Both the position numbers and the translations under genes were made by a program. This document shows positions 47,638 to 56,551 of a DNA stretch of 64,000 bases, piece by piece. Origin of the DNA: Myxococcota bacterium (lineage in GTDB: Bacteria > Myxococcota_A > UBA9160 > SZUA-336); assembly GCA_965226855.1 (NCBI GenBank), contig CBDDEE010000024.1, positions 8,971 to 72,970 on the forward strand. Reading direction: 5' to 3'. Positions within the stretch are counted from its first letter, which is position 1; each line of letters starts with the position of its first letter. The notes under the pieces were generated by a model. That model saw nothing but the letters and a program-made list of their open reading frames with translations, did no database searches and was not told the DNA's origin.

Positions 47638-47838
47638 GCGAAAAAAAAGCGTCAAATGGGGCACTTGGCGCCCGTGTCCCATGACAGTCCTTGGCGGACA
47701 CCGGCGCGGCGCCGCGCCAGGATCGCCCCCTCGCCTCGCGTTTCCTGTCGGCGCTAGCCGTAGATGGGGGCGGCAACCGGGCACGCGGAGCGGGTGGGGA
47801 AGGAGCTGGCCGTCTTAGTTTGAGCCGGCAGGCCCTGC

Positions 47839-48369
47839 TTAAGGAGTCGGGATGGCGGAGGCTCTGTGTGTATCGCGCCGCTTCGAACGAGATCGCCACC
47901 GAGCCAGGAGGGCGACACCGGCAATCCCCGTCAACTGGAGTAACTGAGGCGATGATTTGGGCACAAATGAGAAGTCGTCAACCACCACATCAGCGACACT
48001 GCTCTCGTTTACCACTTCGATGAGGACGATGTTTCCGCCCCCGATACCCACCAGCTGGAAGGTTTCACTACCGGGGAAAGTAAACTTGGCCTCACCAGTC
48101 AAGACCACGGATACGTGGCTGGGGACGCCGCCCTGCGTTTCCCGAAAGAAGAGCTCTATATCGTCGGGGGGACTCTCGAAACTGATGGTCGCCGTGACGC
48201 CTGGTCCCACGTGCCAGGAGTGTGTGCCCGAGCGGTAGTACTCTCCGATCCCCACAATCATCACGTCTCCGTCGCTGAATGTTGCGGTGATCGGTGACGT
48301 TCCGATTGTGAAGTCCCCGAGGGGTGCGGTCCCGAAAATCGCCCGCAAGGAGTCTCGTTCGAGGCCCAC
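47839..48369 (-). CDS. hypothetical protein with a PEP-CTERM-like C-terminus and no signal peptide; lower GC
   Basis: C-terminus FVPKSSPQLLQLTGIAGVALLARWRSRSKRR resembles the PEP-CTERM sorting signal. The body is beta-rich. GTG start with a stop shortly upstream. Confidence 0.4.
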   Translation of the reverse strand: MGLERDSLRAIFGTAPLGDFTIGTSPITATFSDGDVMIVGIGEYYRSGTHSWHVGPGVTATISFESPPDDIELFFRETQGGVPSHVSVVLTGEAKFTFPGSETFQLVGIGGGNIVLIEVVNESSVADVVVDDFSFVPKSSPQLLQLTGIAGVALLARWRSRSKRRDTHRASAIPTP

Positions 48370-48431
48370 GCAGGAATAACTCAGCTGTTCCTCTGTCTTC
48401 TGTTTATCTGCGATCAGCTACCTTCCTGGGC

Positions 48432-48785
48432 ATGGCGGAGATTGGATCTATCCTCCTCTCGGTCGTTGCGTTGCTGGCGAGCGCAGCCGCGATCGTGACG
48501 GCTCTTGTCGCATTCGTGCGATTGCTCCGCCGACCGAAACCGGGAATCCCCCCCTTCCTGGTGACTCGGCAGCAGCAGGACTGGCAGCAGTGGCTGCGGG
48601 ACCAGGTGGCCGACGCCGTGCGTGTGATCTGGGTCTTTCCGGGCCAGGTGCCGTCCTACCAAGCCAACGGATACGTAATGGAGCGCAAAACGGCTTCAGG
48701 GGCTGAGATCCGCACAACAGACCTCGCGTCTCCAGACCTTGCGGCGCACGGCTACATGGTGCTGATGACCATGCGCCGGCGCTAG
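48432..48785 (+). CDS. hypothetical membrane-anchored protein (117 aa)
   Basis: MAEIGSILLSVVALLASAAAIVTALVAFVRLLRR gives one N-terminal TM helix. ATG 48432. Lower GC than the surroundings. Confidence 0.45.
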   Translation: MAEIGSILLSVVALLASAAAIVTALVAFVRLLRRPKPGIPPFLVTRQQQDWQQWLRDQVADAVRVIWVFPGQVPSYQANGYVMERKTASGAEIRTTDLASPDLAAHGYMVLMTMRRR

Positions 48786-48892
48786 TGATCGTCCGAACGG
48801 CCGATCTGCTCGCCTGTCTTCCCGAGTCCCAAGGAAGTCCCAAGGCTTCGGTCTGCGACGATGAGAATGTCGCGGTAGGTCCCCGCGATCCT

Positions 48893-48968
48893 TGGTGGTC
48901 CCAACGGGATTTGAACCCGTGTCTCCAGGGTGAGAACCTGGTATCCTAAACCCCTAGACGATGGGACC
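48893..48968 (-). tRNA. tRNA-Glu (anticodon CUC), CCA encoded
   Basis: GGTCCCATCGTCTAGGGGTTTAGGATACCAGGTTCTCACCCTGGAGACACGGGTTCAAATCCCGTTGGGACCACCA. Cloverleaf has a 7-bp acceptor stem, anticodon stem CCAGG/CCTGG and loop TTCTCAC. Confidence 0.9.
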
Positions 48969-49080
48969 GAGAGGCGCGCAGGGTAGTGACCAGCGCGCCT
49001 TCCGTCAACGCGGGGCAAGGTTGGGTGCTCTCCCGTGGACGTTCCCAGAGATCCGGAAGCGTTAGGGAGAGGGCGGGCGC

Positions 49081-49116
49081 TAGACCCCCGACGACGGGCT
49101 TGCCGCCGGGGGTCTA
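49081..49116. terminator. 9-bp GC hairpin downstream of the basic-protein gene
   Basis: TAGACCCCC-N18-GGGGGTCTA. There is no clear U-tract. Confidence 0.35.
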
Positions 49117-49136
49117 ACTAGCCGGGAGTGCCCGGT

Positions 49137-49448
49137 TTAGGCTCGCTTGCGACGAGCCGTGGTGCGACGCGCGCTGCGGCGCTTGGCCGGTGCGCGACGC
49201 TTCGCAGCCGCTCGACGCTTGGGCGCACTCCGCCGCTTGGCCGGTCGGCGCTTTGCTGCGGACGGCTTCTTCTTCATGCCTATGCCGTACCGCATCACGG
49301 CGGCGTCCGTGCTCTTGAACATCCCGCGCAGCGCGGTGTGCAGCGCGGAGTCCTTCGGGTAGTGACTCGAAATGTGACTCGCGAGCTTTGTCCAGCTCCG
49401 CTTGCTGGTCGCGGTCTGCCACTTCTTGGCGGAGACGTTGATCTTCAC
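49137..49448 (-). CDS. small basic protein with a histone H1-like Ala/Lys/Arg repeat tail
   Basis: C-terminus KKKPSAAKRRPAKRRSAPKRRAAAKRRAPAKRRSARRTTARRKRA. GTG start with a GGGGAG RBS. Confidence 0.6.
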   Translation of the reverse strand: MKINVSAKKWQTATSKRSWTKLASHISSHYPKDSALHTALRGMFKSTDAAVMRYGIGMKKKPSAAKRRPAKRRSAPKRRAAAKRRAPAKRRSARRTTARRKRA

Positions 49449-49565
49449 GTGGTGGTACTCCCCACAGTTTCTACTGCCGCCCCTCTTCGGACGAAACTGG
49501 CTAGAGCGTTAGCGATTCCTCTAGACTTGCGCGCGAAGGTTCACGAGAAGCAATGGAACGCGCCT

Positions 49566-50351
49566 ATGAGTGAGGAGTTAGGGCAACCCATCAGCGGCCT
49601 GCGCAGTGGCGAGGCTGGCGAGAACGTCTTTCTGTGTGGCGACCCTGCGCGCGTCGAGCGAATTTCAGCCGGCTGGTCTGACGTGCGTGAGATCTGCAAC
49701 GTTCGCGAGTACAGAATCCACCTCGGCGAGCTCGACGGAGTGCAGCTTGCCGCAGCCTCTACCGGAATCGGCGCTCCTAGCACGGCGATCTTGATCGAGG
49801 AGCTCGCGAAGGTCGGGGTGACGACCTTCATTCGCATAGGCAACAGCGGAGGCCTCGATCCCGCCGTGGAGGTGGGCGACCTCGTGATCACCACCGGCGC
49901 GGTACGCGATGACGGCACGTCGACGAGCTACGTGACGTTGAGCTATCCGGCGGTGGCGGACTACGAAGTGGTCTCGGCGCTGGTGTCCGCTGCGCGTGCT
50001 CACGGCGTGCGCCACCGCATCGGTGTGACCTGGGCCATGGATGCGTTCTACGCCCGGAACGCCATCCTGGGAGCAGATGGCGCGCTGGAGACGATGAGCT
50101 TCGCTGGCTACCGGCCGCCCGAGCTCGAGCAGCGGCTCGTGCAGATGCAGGCGGCGCGCGTTCAGAACTGCGAGATGGAGAGCGGCATCCTGCTCACCCT
50201 CGCCAACCTGTTCGGCCTGCGGGCAGGCTGCATCTGCGTGGTATCGGATCGCGCCCCCTGGCCCGGCCCTGCCGAGCTGGACATCGACAAGAACATGGAC
50301 GTCGCCATTGCGGTCGCAAGGGACGCGATGCTCACCCTCGCAGCGCGGTGA
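49566..50351 (+). CDS. nucleoside phosphorylase (PNP/UDP family 1)
   Basis: GDPARVERIS...AAASTGIGAPSTAILIEEL...IRIGNSGG...EMESG motifs. ATG 49566. Confidence 0.8.
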   Translation: MSEELGQPISGLRSGEAGENVFLCGDPARVERISAGWSDVREICNVREYRIHLGELDGVQLAAASTGIGAPSTAILIEELAKVGVTTFIRIGNSGGLDPAVEVGDLVITTGAVRDDGTSTSYVTLSYPAVADYEVVSALVSAARAHGVRHRIGVTWAMDAFYARNAILGADGALETMSFAGYRPPELEQRLVQMQAARVQNCEMESGILLTLANLFGLRAGCICVVSDRAPWPGPAELDIDKNMDVAIAVARDAMLTLAAR

Positions 50352-51520
50352 GTGACTCGGCGCTTTGGGTTGCGCGGGCCGTCACTCCCGCGCGCAGCAT
50401 GGAGCGTGTGCGCGTGCGCTTCGGCAACGGACGCATCACCCAGGTCTCTGCCGATGTCGCCCCGCAGTCCGGTGACGTGCGCTACGAGGACGCGACGCTG
50501 GTGCCCGGGCTGGTCGATCTGCAGGTGAACGGCGGTGCTGGAGCCGCCTACTCGGATGCCGATCGAGCCACACGCGAACGCGCCACGAGCTTCCACCTGC
50601 GCCGCGGCACCACCAGCCTGCTGGCCACGTTGGTCAGTGCTCCGCTCGAGCGCCTGGAGTCCGCGCTCGCTCAGCTCGCCGGGGATCTGGACGAAGGGGG
50701 CCCGCTCGTGGGCATTCACCTGGAGGGGCCCTTTCTGGCCGAGGAGAAGTGCGGCGCGCACGCCCGCGAACACCTCTGTGACCCGACACCCGAACGGGTG
50801 GACCGACTGCTCGCGAAGGCCGGCTCGGGACTGCGTATGGTCACGCTCGCGCCCGAGCGCGAGGGGGCGCTTGACGCGATCGCGCGCTTTCACCGCGCCG
50901 GTGCGGTCGTCTCCGCCGGGCACTCGCGGGCGACGCGCAGCCAGCTGCGGGATGCCATCGGCTGTGGTCTGTCGTTCATGACCCACGTGGGTAATGCCAG
51001 CGACTGGCCGGATCGACCCGACGACCCGGAGCGGGGCTACCGACGCAGCGAGCCCGGCATGGTGGGGACCTTCCTGTGCGATCCGGAGCTGCGCGGCAGC
51101 GTCATCATGGATGGCCACCACCTCCATCCAGAGCTGGTCCGGGCGCTCGTGGAGCTGCGCGGCTCCGAGTCCGTGGTGCTGATTAGCGATGCGACACCGG
51201 CCGCCGGGCTGGCGCCAGGCCGGTATCAGCTGGGCGGGCTCCACGCGGAGATCCATGCCGGTGGCTACGCCACGGCAAACGGCAGCCTGGCGGGGAGCGT
51301 GATTCCTCTGGTCACTGCAGTCCGGGAAGCGGTCTCCTCCGCCAGGCTCTCGCTTGCGGACGCGGTCTGCATGGCGACGGCGACTCCTGCTGATGTGATT
51401 GGGCTCGGGGCTCGCAAGGGCCGGATCGAGCCGGGCTTCGATGCGGACCTCCTGGTGCTCGACGGCGATCTGCGCCCCGTGCAGGTCTACTGGGCGGGGG
51501 AGGCGGTCCCCGTCGCCTGA
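50348..51520 (+). CDS. nagA: N-acetylglucosamine-6-phosphate deacetylase-like amidohydrolase
   Basis: PGLVDLQVNGGAG...HLEGPFL...SAGHS...ISDA motifs. GTGA overlap with the upstream gene. Confidence 0.7.
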   Translation: MSDSALWVARAVTPARSMERVRVRFGNGRITQVSADVAPQSGDVRYEDATLVPGLVDLQVNGGAGAAYSDADRATRERATSFHLRRGTTSLLATLVSAPLERLESALAQLAGDLDEGGPLVGIHLEGPFLAEEKCGAHAREHLCDPTPERVDRLLAKAGSGLRMVTLAPEREGALDAIARFHRAGAVVSAGHSRATRSQLRDAIGCGLSFMTHVGNASDWPDRPDDPERGYRRSEPGMVGTFLCDPELRGSVIMDGHHLHPELVRALVELRGSESVVLISDATPAAGLAPGRYQLGGLHAEIHAGGYATANGSLAGSVIPLVTAVREAVSSARLSLADAVCMATATPADVIGLGARKGRIEPGFDADLLVLDGDLRPVQVYWAGEAVPVA

Positions 51521-51612
51521 CCCTCGAGTCGCAAGCCTTCCCCGTCAAGTTCGCCTCGCCAGGTCCCGATGGCTATGCCAGTCCCAGCGACGGCCCGGGA
51601 AGGGAGGAGCCC

Positions 51613-51933
51613 ATGCGGAGATTCGCTCGTACTCTGACTGCCAGCCTCGCACTGGTTGCGGTACTCGGGGTTAGCCCGGGAGCGGCGCAGGCAGGGTTGG
51701 ACAACTCGTTCGAGACTTGCGACTACCCGAAGACCTTCGACCTGATCGTCCTTCGGCCTCTCTCGCTCATCTCCCTCGCCATCGGCACGGGACTCTACGT
51801 GGCCGTAGCACCCTTCGCCTATGTGACGGTGAAGAAGGACTTCCGCTCCGTGACGGAGAGCCTCGTCTACAAGCCCGCGCGCTTCACGTTCAAGCGCCGC
51901 CTTGGCGAGTGTTCAGGCACCACCGACTACTAG
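51613..51933 (+). CDS. hypothetical secreted/membrane protein
   Basis: Signal peptide LTASLALVAVLGVSPGAAQA followed by one hydrophobic helix. Confidence 0.5.
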   Translation: MRRFARTLTASLALVAVLGVSPGAAQAGLDNSFETCDYPKTFDLIVLRPLSLISLAIGTGLYVAVAPFAYVTVKKDFRSVTESLVYKPARFTFKRRLGECSGTTDY

Positions 51934-52171
51934 AGCGTCACCCAGGTCCGGCTGACTCCTCGCCAGGCCCGATTTGCGCGGCCGGGACGAGAAAGGGGCC
52001 CGCGAGTCGGGAGGGGAGCATCAGAGGGAGGGAGACAAGATCTCTGGAAGACTCTGATGCTCAGAGGGATTCGCCTCCTTCACATCGCGGGCCCCAGCTG
52101 GGGTGCTTATTGTTCGGAAAGTAAGACGCAGCCCGCGGTGCAAATGTTCAATGGGAGACCGGAATTTCGGT

Positions 52172-52245
52172 TGGCTGGCGGGCAGGGATTCGAACCCCGA
52201 TAGCAGGAACCAGAATCCTGAGTCCTACCGTTAGACGACCCGCCA
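52172..52245 (-). tRNA. tRNA-Gln (anticodon CUG), CCA encoded
   Basis: TGGCGGGTCGTCTAACGGTAGGACTCAGGATTCTGGTTCCTGCTATCGGGGTTCGAATCCCTGCCCGCCAGCCA. It has the U1-A72 pair and G73 typical of bacterial tRNA-Gln, and anticodon loop TTCTGGT. Confidence 0.9.
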
Positions 52246-52284
52246 GCAGATGCGCCAATATAGGCGCCCCAAGGGGATCTTCAA

Positions 52285-53718
52285 TCAGGCCGCCGACGAG
52301 TTGGCAATGTGCGAAAGCGCCGCCTCGATCCGGGTCAGACTGCGCTCGCGGCCCAGCAACTCCAGGGTCTCGAAGATGCCAGGGCTGGCAGAGCTTCCGG
52401 TGATTGCCACGCGAACGGGCTGGGCTAGAGCGCCGAGCGCGAGCCCAGACTCCGGGAGCACCGCGTCGAAGGCCTGACGCAGGGTGTCAACGTCCCATAC
52501 GGACAGCTCCGAGAAGGCGCGGTGCAGGTCTCGAAGCGGGACGGCGATCTCCGGCTTCAGGAACTTCCGCGCCGGCTTGGGCTCGTACTCGATCTGCTCG
52601 ACGCAGAAGAAACCCGCCAGGCGCGCCATCTCCTCCAGGTTGCGGCTGCGCTCGCGCAGGAGCTCGACGAGAGCGCGGAAGCCTTCGTCCTCCTTCGGCA
52701 TGGAGCCGACCTCCGCCTGCATGAAGGGCTCGAGGTAGCGGAGCAGGACCGCGAGCGGCAGTGTCTTCAGGTAGTGCTGGTTGAGCCAGGTGAGCTTGTC
52801 GTCGTGCACCTGCGAGGGGCTGCGCCCGACGCCGTTCAGGCCGAAGAGCTCTACGAGCTCTCCCCGACTCAGAATCTCGCGGTCGCCGTGTCCCCAGCCC
52901 AGGCGCGCGAGGTAGTTGAAGACCGCCTCGGGCGTGAAGCCCCGGTCCCGGTAGTGCAGGACCGAGGCCGCGTCCATGCGCTTGGAGAGCTTCTTGCCAT
53001 CGGGCTCGACCAGGAGTGGTACGTGTGCGAACTCGGGCGGCGCGAGGTCGAGCGCCTGGTACAGCAGCAGCTGCCTCGGCGTGCTCGACATGTGCTCGCG
53101 CCCCCGAATCACATGGGTCACCCCCATCCCGTGGTCGTCGACCACCACCGCCAGGTGGTAGATCGCGCTCCCATCCGTGCGGGCGATCACGAAGTCGTCG
53201 AGCTGTGAGGCGTCCTCGCCCGTCGGACCGCCAACGAGGTCGTTCCAGCGGGTGCGCCCCCCCTGGACTGGGACCTTCAACCGGACGCAGAACGGGTCGG
53301 CGCTGTCCGCTCCGATCGAACGCTCGCGACAGGTTCCGTCATAGCCCGGGCTTCGGCCCTCCGCCCGGGCGCGCTCGCGCATCGCCTTCAGGCGCTCTGG
53401 TGAGCACGTGCAGCGGTAGGAGTGGCCCAGCTCGAGCAAGCGGGACAGTGCCTTGCGGTAGTGCTGCACGCGCTCGCTCTGACGCGGGATTGCGTCTTCG
53501 CCCGGCACCGGATCGTGGTCGATGCCGAGCCAGGCGAGCGCCTCCAGAATGGCCTCTTCCGACTCGCGCGACGAGCGCTCGCGGTCCGTGTCCTCGAAGC
53601 GCAGCAGGAAGCGGCCGTTGTGGTGGCGCGCAAACCCCCAGTTGAAGAGCGCCGTGCGCGCGCCGCCAATGTGGAGCGCGCCACTCGGGCTGGGTGCGTA
53701 GCGCGCGATGACCGTCAT
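52285..53718 (-). CDS. gltX: glutamate--tRNA ligase
   Basis: ARYAPSPSGALHIGGARTALFNW (HIGH) and KLSKR (KMSKS). Start at ATG 53718. Confidence 0.9.
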   Translation of the reverse strand: MTVIARYAPSPSGALHIGGARTALFNWGFARHHNGRFLLRFEDTDRERSSRESEEAILEALAWLGIDHDPVPGEDAIPRQSERVQHYRKALSRLLELGHSYRCTCSPERLKAMRERARAEGRSPGYDGTCRERSIGADSADPFCVRLKVPVQGGRTRWNDLVGGPTGEDASQLDDFVIARTDGSAIYHLAVVVDDHGMGVTHVIRGREHMSSTPRQLLLYQALDLAPPEFAHVPLLVEPDGKKLSKRMDAASVLHYRDRGFTPEAVFNYLARLGWGHGDREILSRGELVELFGLNGVGRSPSQVHDDKLTWLNQHYLKTLPLAVLLRYLEPFMQAEVGSMPKEDEGFRALVELLRERSRNLEEMARLAGFFCVEQIEYEPKPARKFLKPEIAVPLRDLHRAFSELSVWDVDTLRQAFDAVLPESGLALGALAQPVRVAITGSSASPGIFETLELLGRERSLTRIEAALSHIANSSAA

Positions 53719-53756
53719 CGCGCCGCATTCTAGCGTGGCCCTCCCAAGGCGCCGGC

Positions 53757-53785
53757 TTGACAACGGAAGCCTTGCGCCCTAAACA
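53757..53785 (+). promoter_or_regulatory. candidate sigma70-type promoter for yceD-rpmF-fab
   Basis: TTGACA, a 17-nt spacer, then TAAACA, about 55 nt upstream of the yceD start. Confidence 0.3.
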
Positions 53786-53839
53786 GACAGGCCATTCAAG
53801 TCCGCGTGCCAAAAGGCTTTTCTTGGCATCGAGAGTCCG

Positions 53840-54397
53840 ATGGACGAGCTTTGCATTCGCGTTGAGAGCGTCGTGGAAGCGCCGCGGCAGATCCTGCTGC
53901 AGACTTCTCGTGATTGGTGGGAGGGGGCGCGCGAGATCTTCCGGGAGCCCGAGGCCCGAGCGCGGGAGCCGTTCCGAGTTGACATGGAGGCCTACCGCAT
54001 CGGGCAGCGGCTGCTGTTTCGTGGCGGGCTCGCCGGCATGGTGGAGCTCCCCTGTGGTCGCTGCGCCGAGTCCTACCCGCACGCCTTCGCGGAGCCGCTC
54101 GAGCTCCTGCTCGAGCCGGCAACGGATCCGAGCGCTGTCCCAGAAGGCGGGATTGAGCTCGACGCGCAGGATCCGGAGCTCGGGCGCTACGCAGGCGACG
54201 AGCTAAACTTCGAGTCGGTCGTGCTGGAGATCCTGGCCCTGGTATGGCCCATGCAGCCGCTCTGCCGCGAGGACTGCGCGGGTCTGTGTCAGGTGTGCGG
54301 GCTGAATCTGAACAGAGAGAGCTGTGCTTGCCGTGCCGAGCCGACAAATCGGCCCTTTGCGCAGCTCGCAAAGCTCCTGAGCCGGAGGCGCGCGTAG
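53840..54397 (+). CDS. yceD: YceD/DUF177 family protein (23S rRNA accumulation protein)
   Basis: Position directly upstream of rpmF. CGRC...CREDCAGLCQVCG cysteine motifs. Confidence 0.8.
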   Translation: MDELCIRVESVVEAPRQILLQTSRDWWEGAREIFREPEARAREPFRVDMEAYRIGQRLLFRGGLAGMVELPCGRCAESYPHAFAEPLELLLEPATDPSAVPEGGIELDAQDPELGRYAGDELNFESVVLEILALVWPMQPLCREDCAGLCQVCGLNLNRESCACRAEPTNRPFAQLAKLLSRRRA

Positions 54398-54399
54398 CG

Positions 54400-54591
54400 A
54401 TGGCAGAACCGAAGAAGAAGAAGTCGAAGTCGAGGACGCGCATGGGGCGCGCGCATCATGCGCTGCGCAGCGTCTCCCTTTCCGCCTGTCCGCAATGTGG
54501 CGCGAACAAGCTGCCGCACCATGTCTGCCCGGAGTGCGGCCACTACCGTGGGCGCCAGATCTTCGAGGTCGAGAAGGAGGAAGAGGTGTAG
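54400..54591 (+). CDS. rpmF: 50S ribosomal protein L32
   Basis: MAEPKKKKSKSRTRMGRAHHAL...CPQCGANKLPHHVCPECGHYRGRQI. Confidence 0.9.
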   Translation: MAEPKKKKSKSRTRMGRAHHALRSVSLSACPQCGANKLPHHVCPECGHYRGRQIFEVEKEEEV

Positions 54592-54619
54592 GTCGCCGGG
54601 CCTGCACTCCCCCCACCTC

Positions 54620-55555
54620 ATGCTCGGCGTCGTTTTTCCTGGTCAAGGCTCCCAGGCGGTCGGAATGGCCGCCGACTTCGTGCGCGCGGAGCCCGCCGCG
54701 CGTCAGGTGTTCGAAGAGGCCGACCTTGCCTACGGCGCTCCGCTTTCCAAGCTGATCAGCGAAGGTCCGGAATCCGAGCTCCAGCAGACCGAGGTCACGC
54801 AGCCGGCGCTGCTTACCGCGTCGATCGCGATCTACCGCGCACTCGAGCCGCGCCTTCCTGCACCTCCCGCGTTCTTTGCCGGACACAGCCTCGGTGAGTA
54901 CTCGGCCCTGGTGGCGGCAGGGAGCCTGTCGCTGACCGAGGCAGTCAAGCTCGTGCGTCACCGGGGCGCGCTGATGCAGGACGCGGTGCCGAGGGGCGAG
55001 GGAGAGATGGCTGCGGTGATCGGGCTCTCGAGCGATCTTGTGTCGCGGATCTGTGACGAGGTCGAGGGCGTGGTCGCGCCGACGAACTTCAACTCCCCCC
55101 TCCAGACGGTGATCGGCGGAGCGCGCGACCCGGTCCGCGCCGCCTCGGAGAAGCTGAAGGCCGCCGGTGCTCGCCGGGTGGTCGCGCTGGCAGTCTCCGC
55201 CCCCTTCCACTCCGCGCTGATGGCGCCGGCCATGGAGAAGCTGCGTCCCGCGCTGGCGGACGCCCGCTTCGTGGACCCGCGGGTACCCGTGATCTCGAAC
55301 GTCACTGGGCGGGCCTACCAGACCGCCGACCTTGCGCGCGCCCTGTTGCGCGACCAGGTTTGCGCACCGGTCCGCTGGGTCGACTGCGTCCAGCAGCTGG
55401 TCGCGTCGGGCGTGCGCATCCAGCTCGAGGTGGGCCCGGGCAAGGTGCTCTCGGGGCTCGCGGCGCGCATTGACTCCGACCTGGCGTGCGCCAACGTGGA
55501 GAAAGTGGACGACGTGGAAGCGGCCATGGAGAAGGTCGGGGAGGCGCTGGCATGA
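54620..55555 (+). CDS. fabD: malonyl-CoA:ACP transacylase
   Basis: MLGVVFPGQGSQAVGM...GHSLGEYSALV. Confidence 0.9.
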   Translation: MLGVVFPGQGSQAVGMAADFVRAEPAARQVFEEADLAYGAPLSKLISEGPESELQQTEVTQPALLTASIAIYRALEPRLPAPPAFFAGHSLGEYSALVAAGSLSLTEAVKLVRHRGALMQDAVPRGEGEMAAVIGLSSDLVSRICDEVEGVVAPTNFNSPLQTVIGGARDPVRAASEKLKAAGARRVVALAVSAPFHSALMAPAMEKLRPALADARFVDPRVPVISNVTGRAYQTADLARALLRDQVCAPVRWVDCVQQLVASGVRIQLEVGPGKVLSGLAARIDSDLACANVEKVDDVEAAMEKVGEALA

Positions 55556-56298
55556 GCGGCGTGCTGGACGAGCGGATCGCGCTCGTCACTGGGGGCTCTC
55601 GCGGCATCGGCCAGGCGATCTGCCTCGAGCTAGCGCGCGCCGGCGCCAGCGTCGTCTTCACCTACAAGAGCAGTCCGGACGGGGCGCGCGTAACAGAGAA
55701 GCGCATCCTCGAGGACGGAGGCCGCAGCCGCGCGGCACGCTGCGACGTGGCCGATGGTGAGGCAGTCGACGCGCTGGTCGCGGGAGTCGTCAAGGAGGAG
55801 GGGCGCGTCGACATCCTCGTGAACAACGCGGGGATCACCCGAGACCAGGTCATCATGCGCATGAAGCCCGAGGACTTCGATGCCGTGATTGCAACGAACT
55901 TGCGTGGCACCTGGAACCTGTGTCGGGCAGCGAGCCGGCCCATGCTCCGCGCGCGGGCCGGTCGCATCATCAACCTCTCATCCGTGGTCGCGGAGATGGG
56001 AAACCCTGGCCAGTCGAGCTATGCGGCCAGCAAGGGCGGCATCGAGGCCCTGACCCGCTCGCTCTCACGCGAGCTCGGCAGCCGGGGGATCACGGTGAAC
56101 GCCATCGCGCCGGGCTTCATCCAGACGGACATGACGGCGGCGCTGCCCGAGGACGCTCAGAGAGCACTGCTAGCACGCATTCCGCTGGGCGAGCTCGGTA
56201 CTGTCGAAGATGTCGCGCGCGCGGTACGCTTTCTCGCCTCCGACGATGCGAGATATATCACCGGGCAGGTGATACACGTGAACGGTGGGTTGACCTGA
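55552..56298 (+). CDS. fabG: 3-oxoacyl-ACP reductase
   Basis: [20 protein letters not shown] and YAASKGG motifs. ATGA overlap with fabD. Confidence 0.9.
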   Translation: MSGVLDERIALVTGGSRGIGQAICLELARAGASVVFTYKSSPDGARVTEKRILEDGGRSRAARCDVADGEAVDALVAGVVKEEGRVDILVNNAGITRDQVIMRMKPEDFDAVIATNLRGTWNLCRAASRPMLRARAGRIINLSSVVAEMGNPGQSSYAASKGGIEALTRSLSRELGSRGITVNAIAPGFIQTDMTAALPEDAQRALLARIPLGELGTVEDVARAVRFLASDDARYITGQVIHVNGGLT

Positions 56299-56311
56299 CC
56301 GGAGGGGCACG

Positions 56312-56548
56312 ATGGGTGTCGAGGAGAAGGTTCGAGACATTATCGTGGAGCAGCTCGGAGTGGCTCCCGGCGAGGTCGTTCCGGAGGCGTCCTTGATCGA
56401 CGATCTCGGCGCGGACTCGCTGGACATCGTAGAGCTGGTGATGGCGATCGAGGAGGAGTTCGACCTCGAGATCTCCGACGACGACGCGGAGAGGATGCAG
56501 ACGATCGGGGACGCCATCACGTGCGTCGATGAAAAGACGAAAGCCTGA
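56312..56548 (+). CDS. acpP: acyl carrier protein
   Basis: [19 protein letters not shown] (DSL phosphopantetheine site). Confidence 0.95.
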   Translation: MGVEEKVRDIIVEQLGVAPGEVVPEASLIDDLGADSLDIVELVMAIEEEFDLEISDDDAERMQTIGDAITCVDEKTKA

Positions 56549-56551
56549 GCG

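Noticed and set aside
47560-47660. Promoter for the HEAT/HD-GYP operon (TTGACG-N17-CACCCC on the minus strand), and sigma54-like TGG motifs.
   Set aside because: The -10 match is too poor, and no GG-N10-GC spacing could be shown.
47592-47672. A second functional tRNA-Glu or tRNA pseudogene with a full cloverleaf.
   Set aside because: Only the 3' half aligns. The sequence upstream cannot form an acceptor stem or D-arm.
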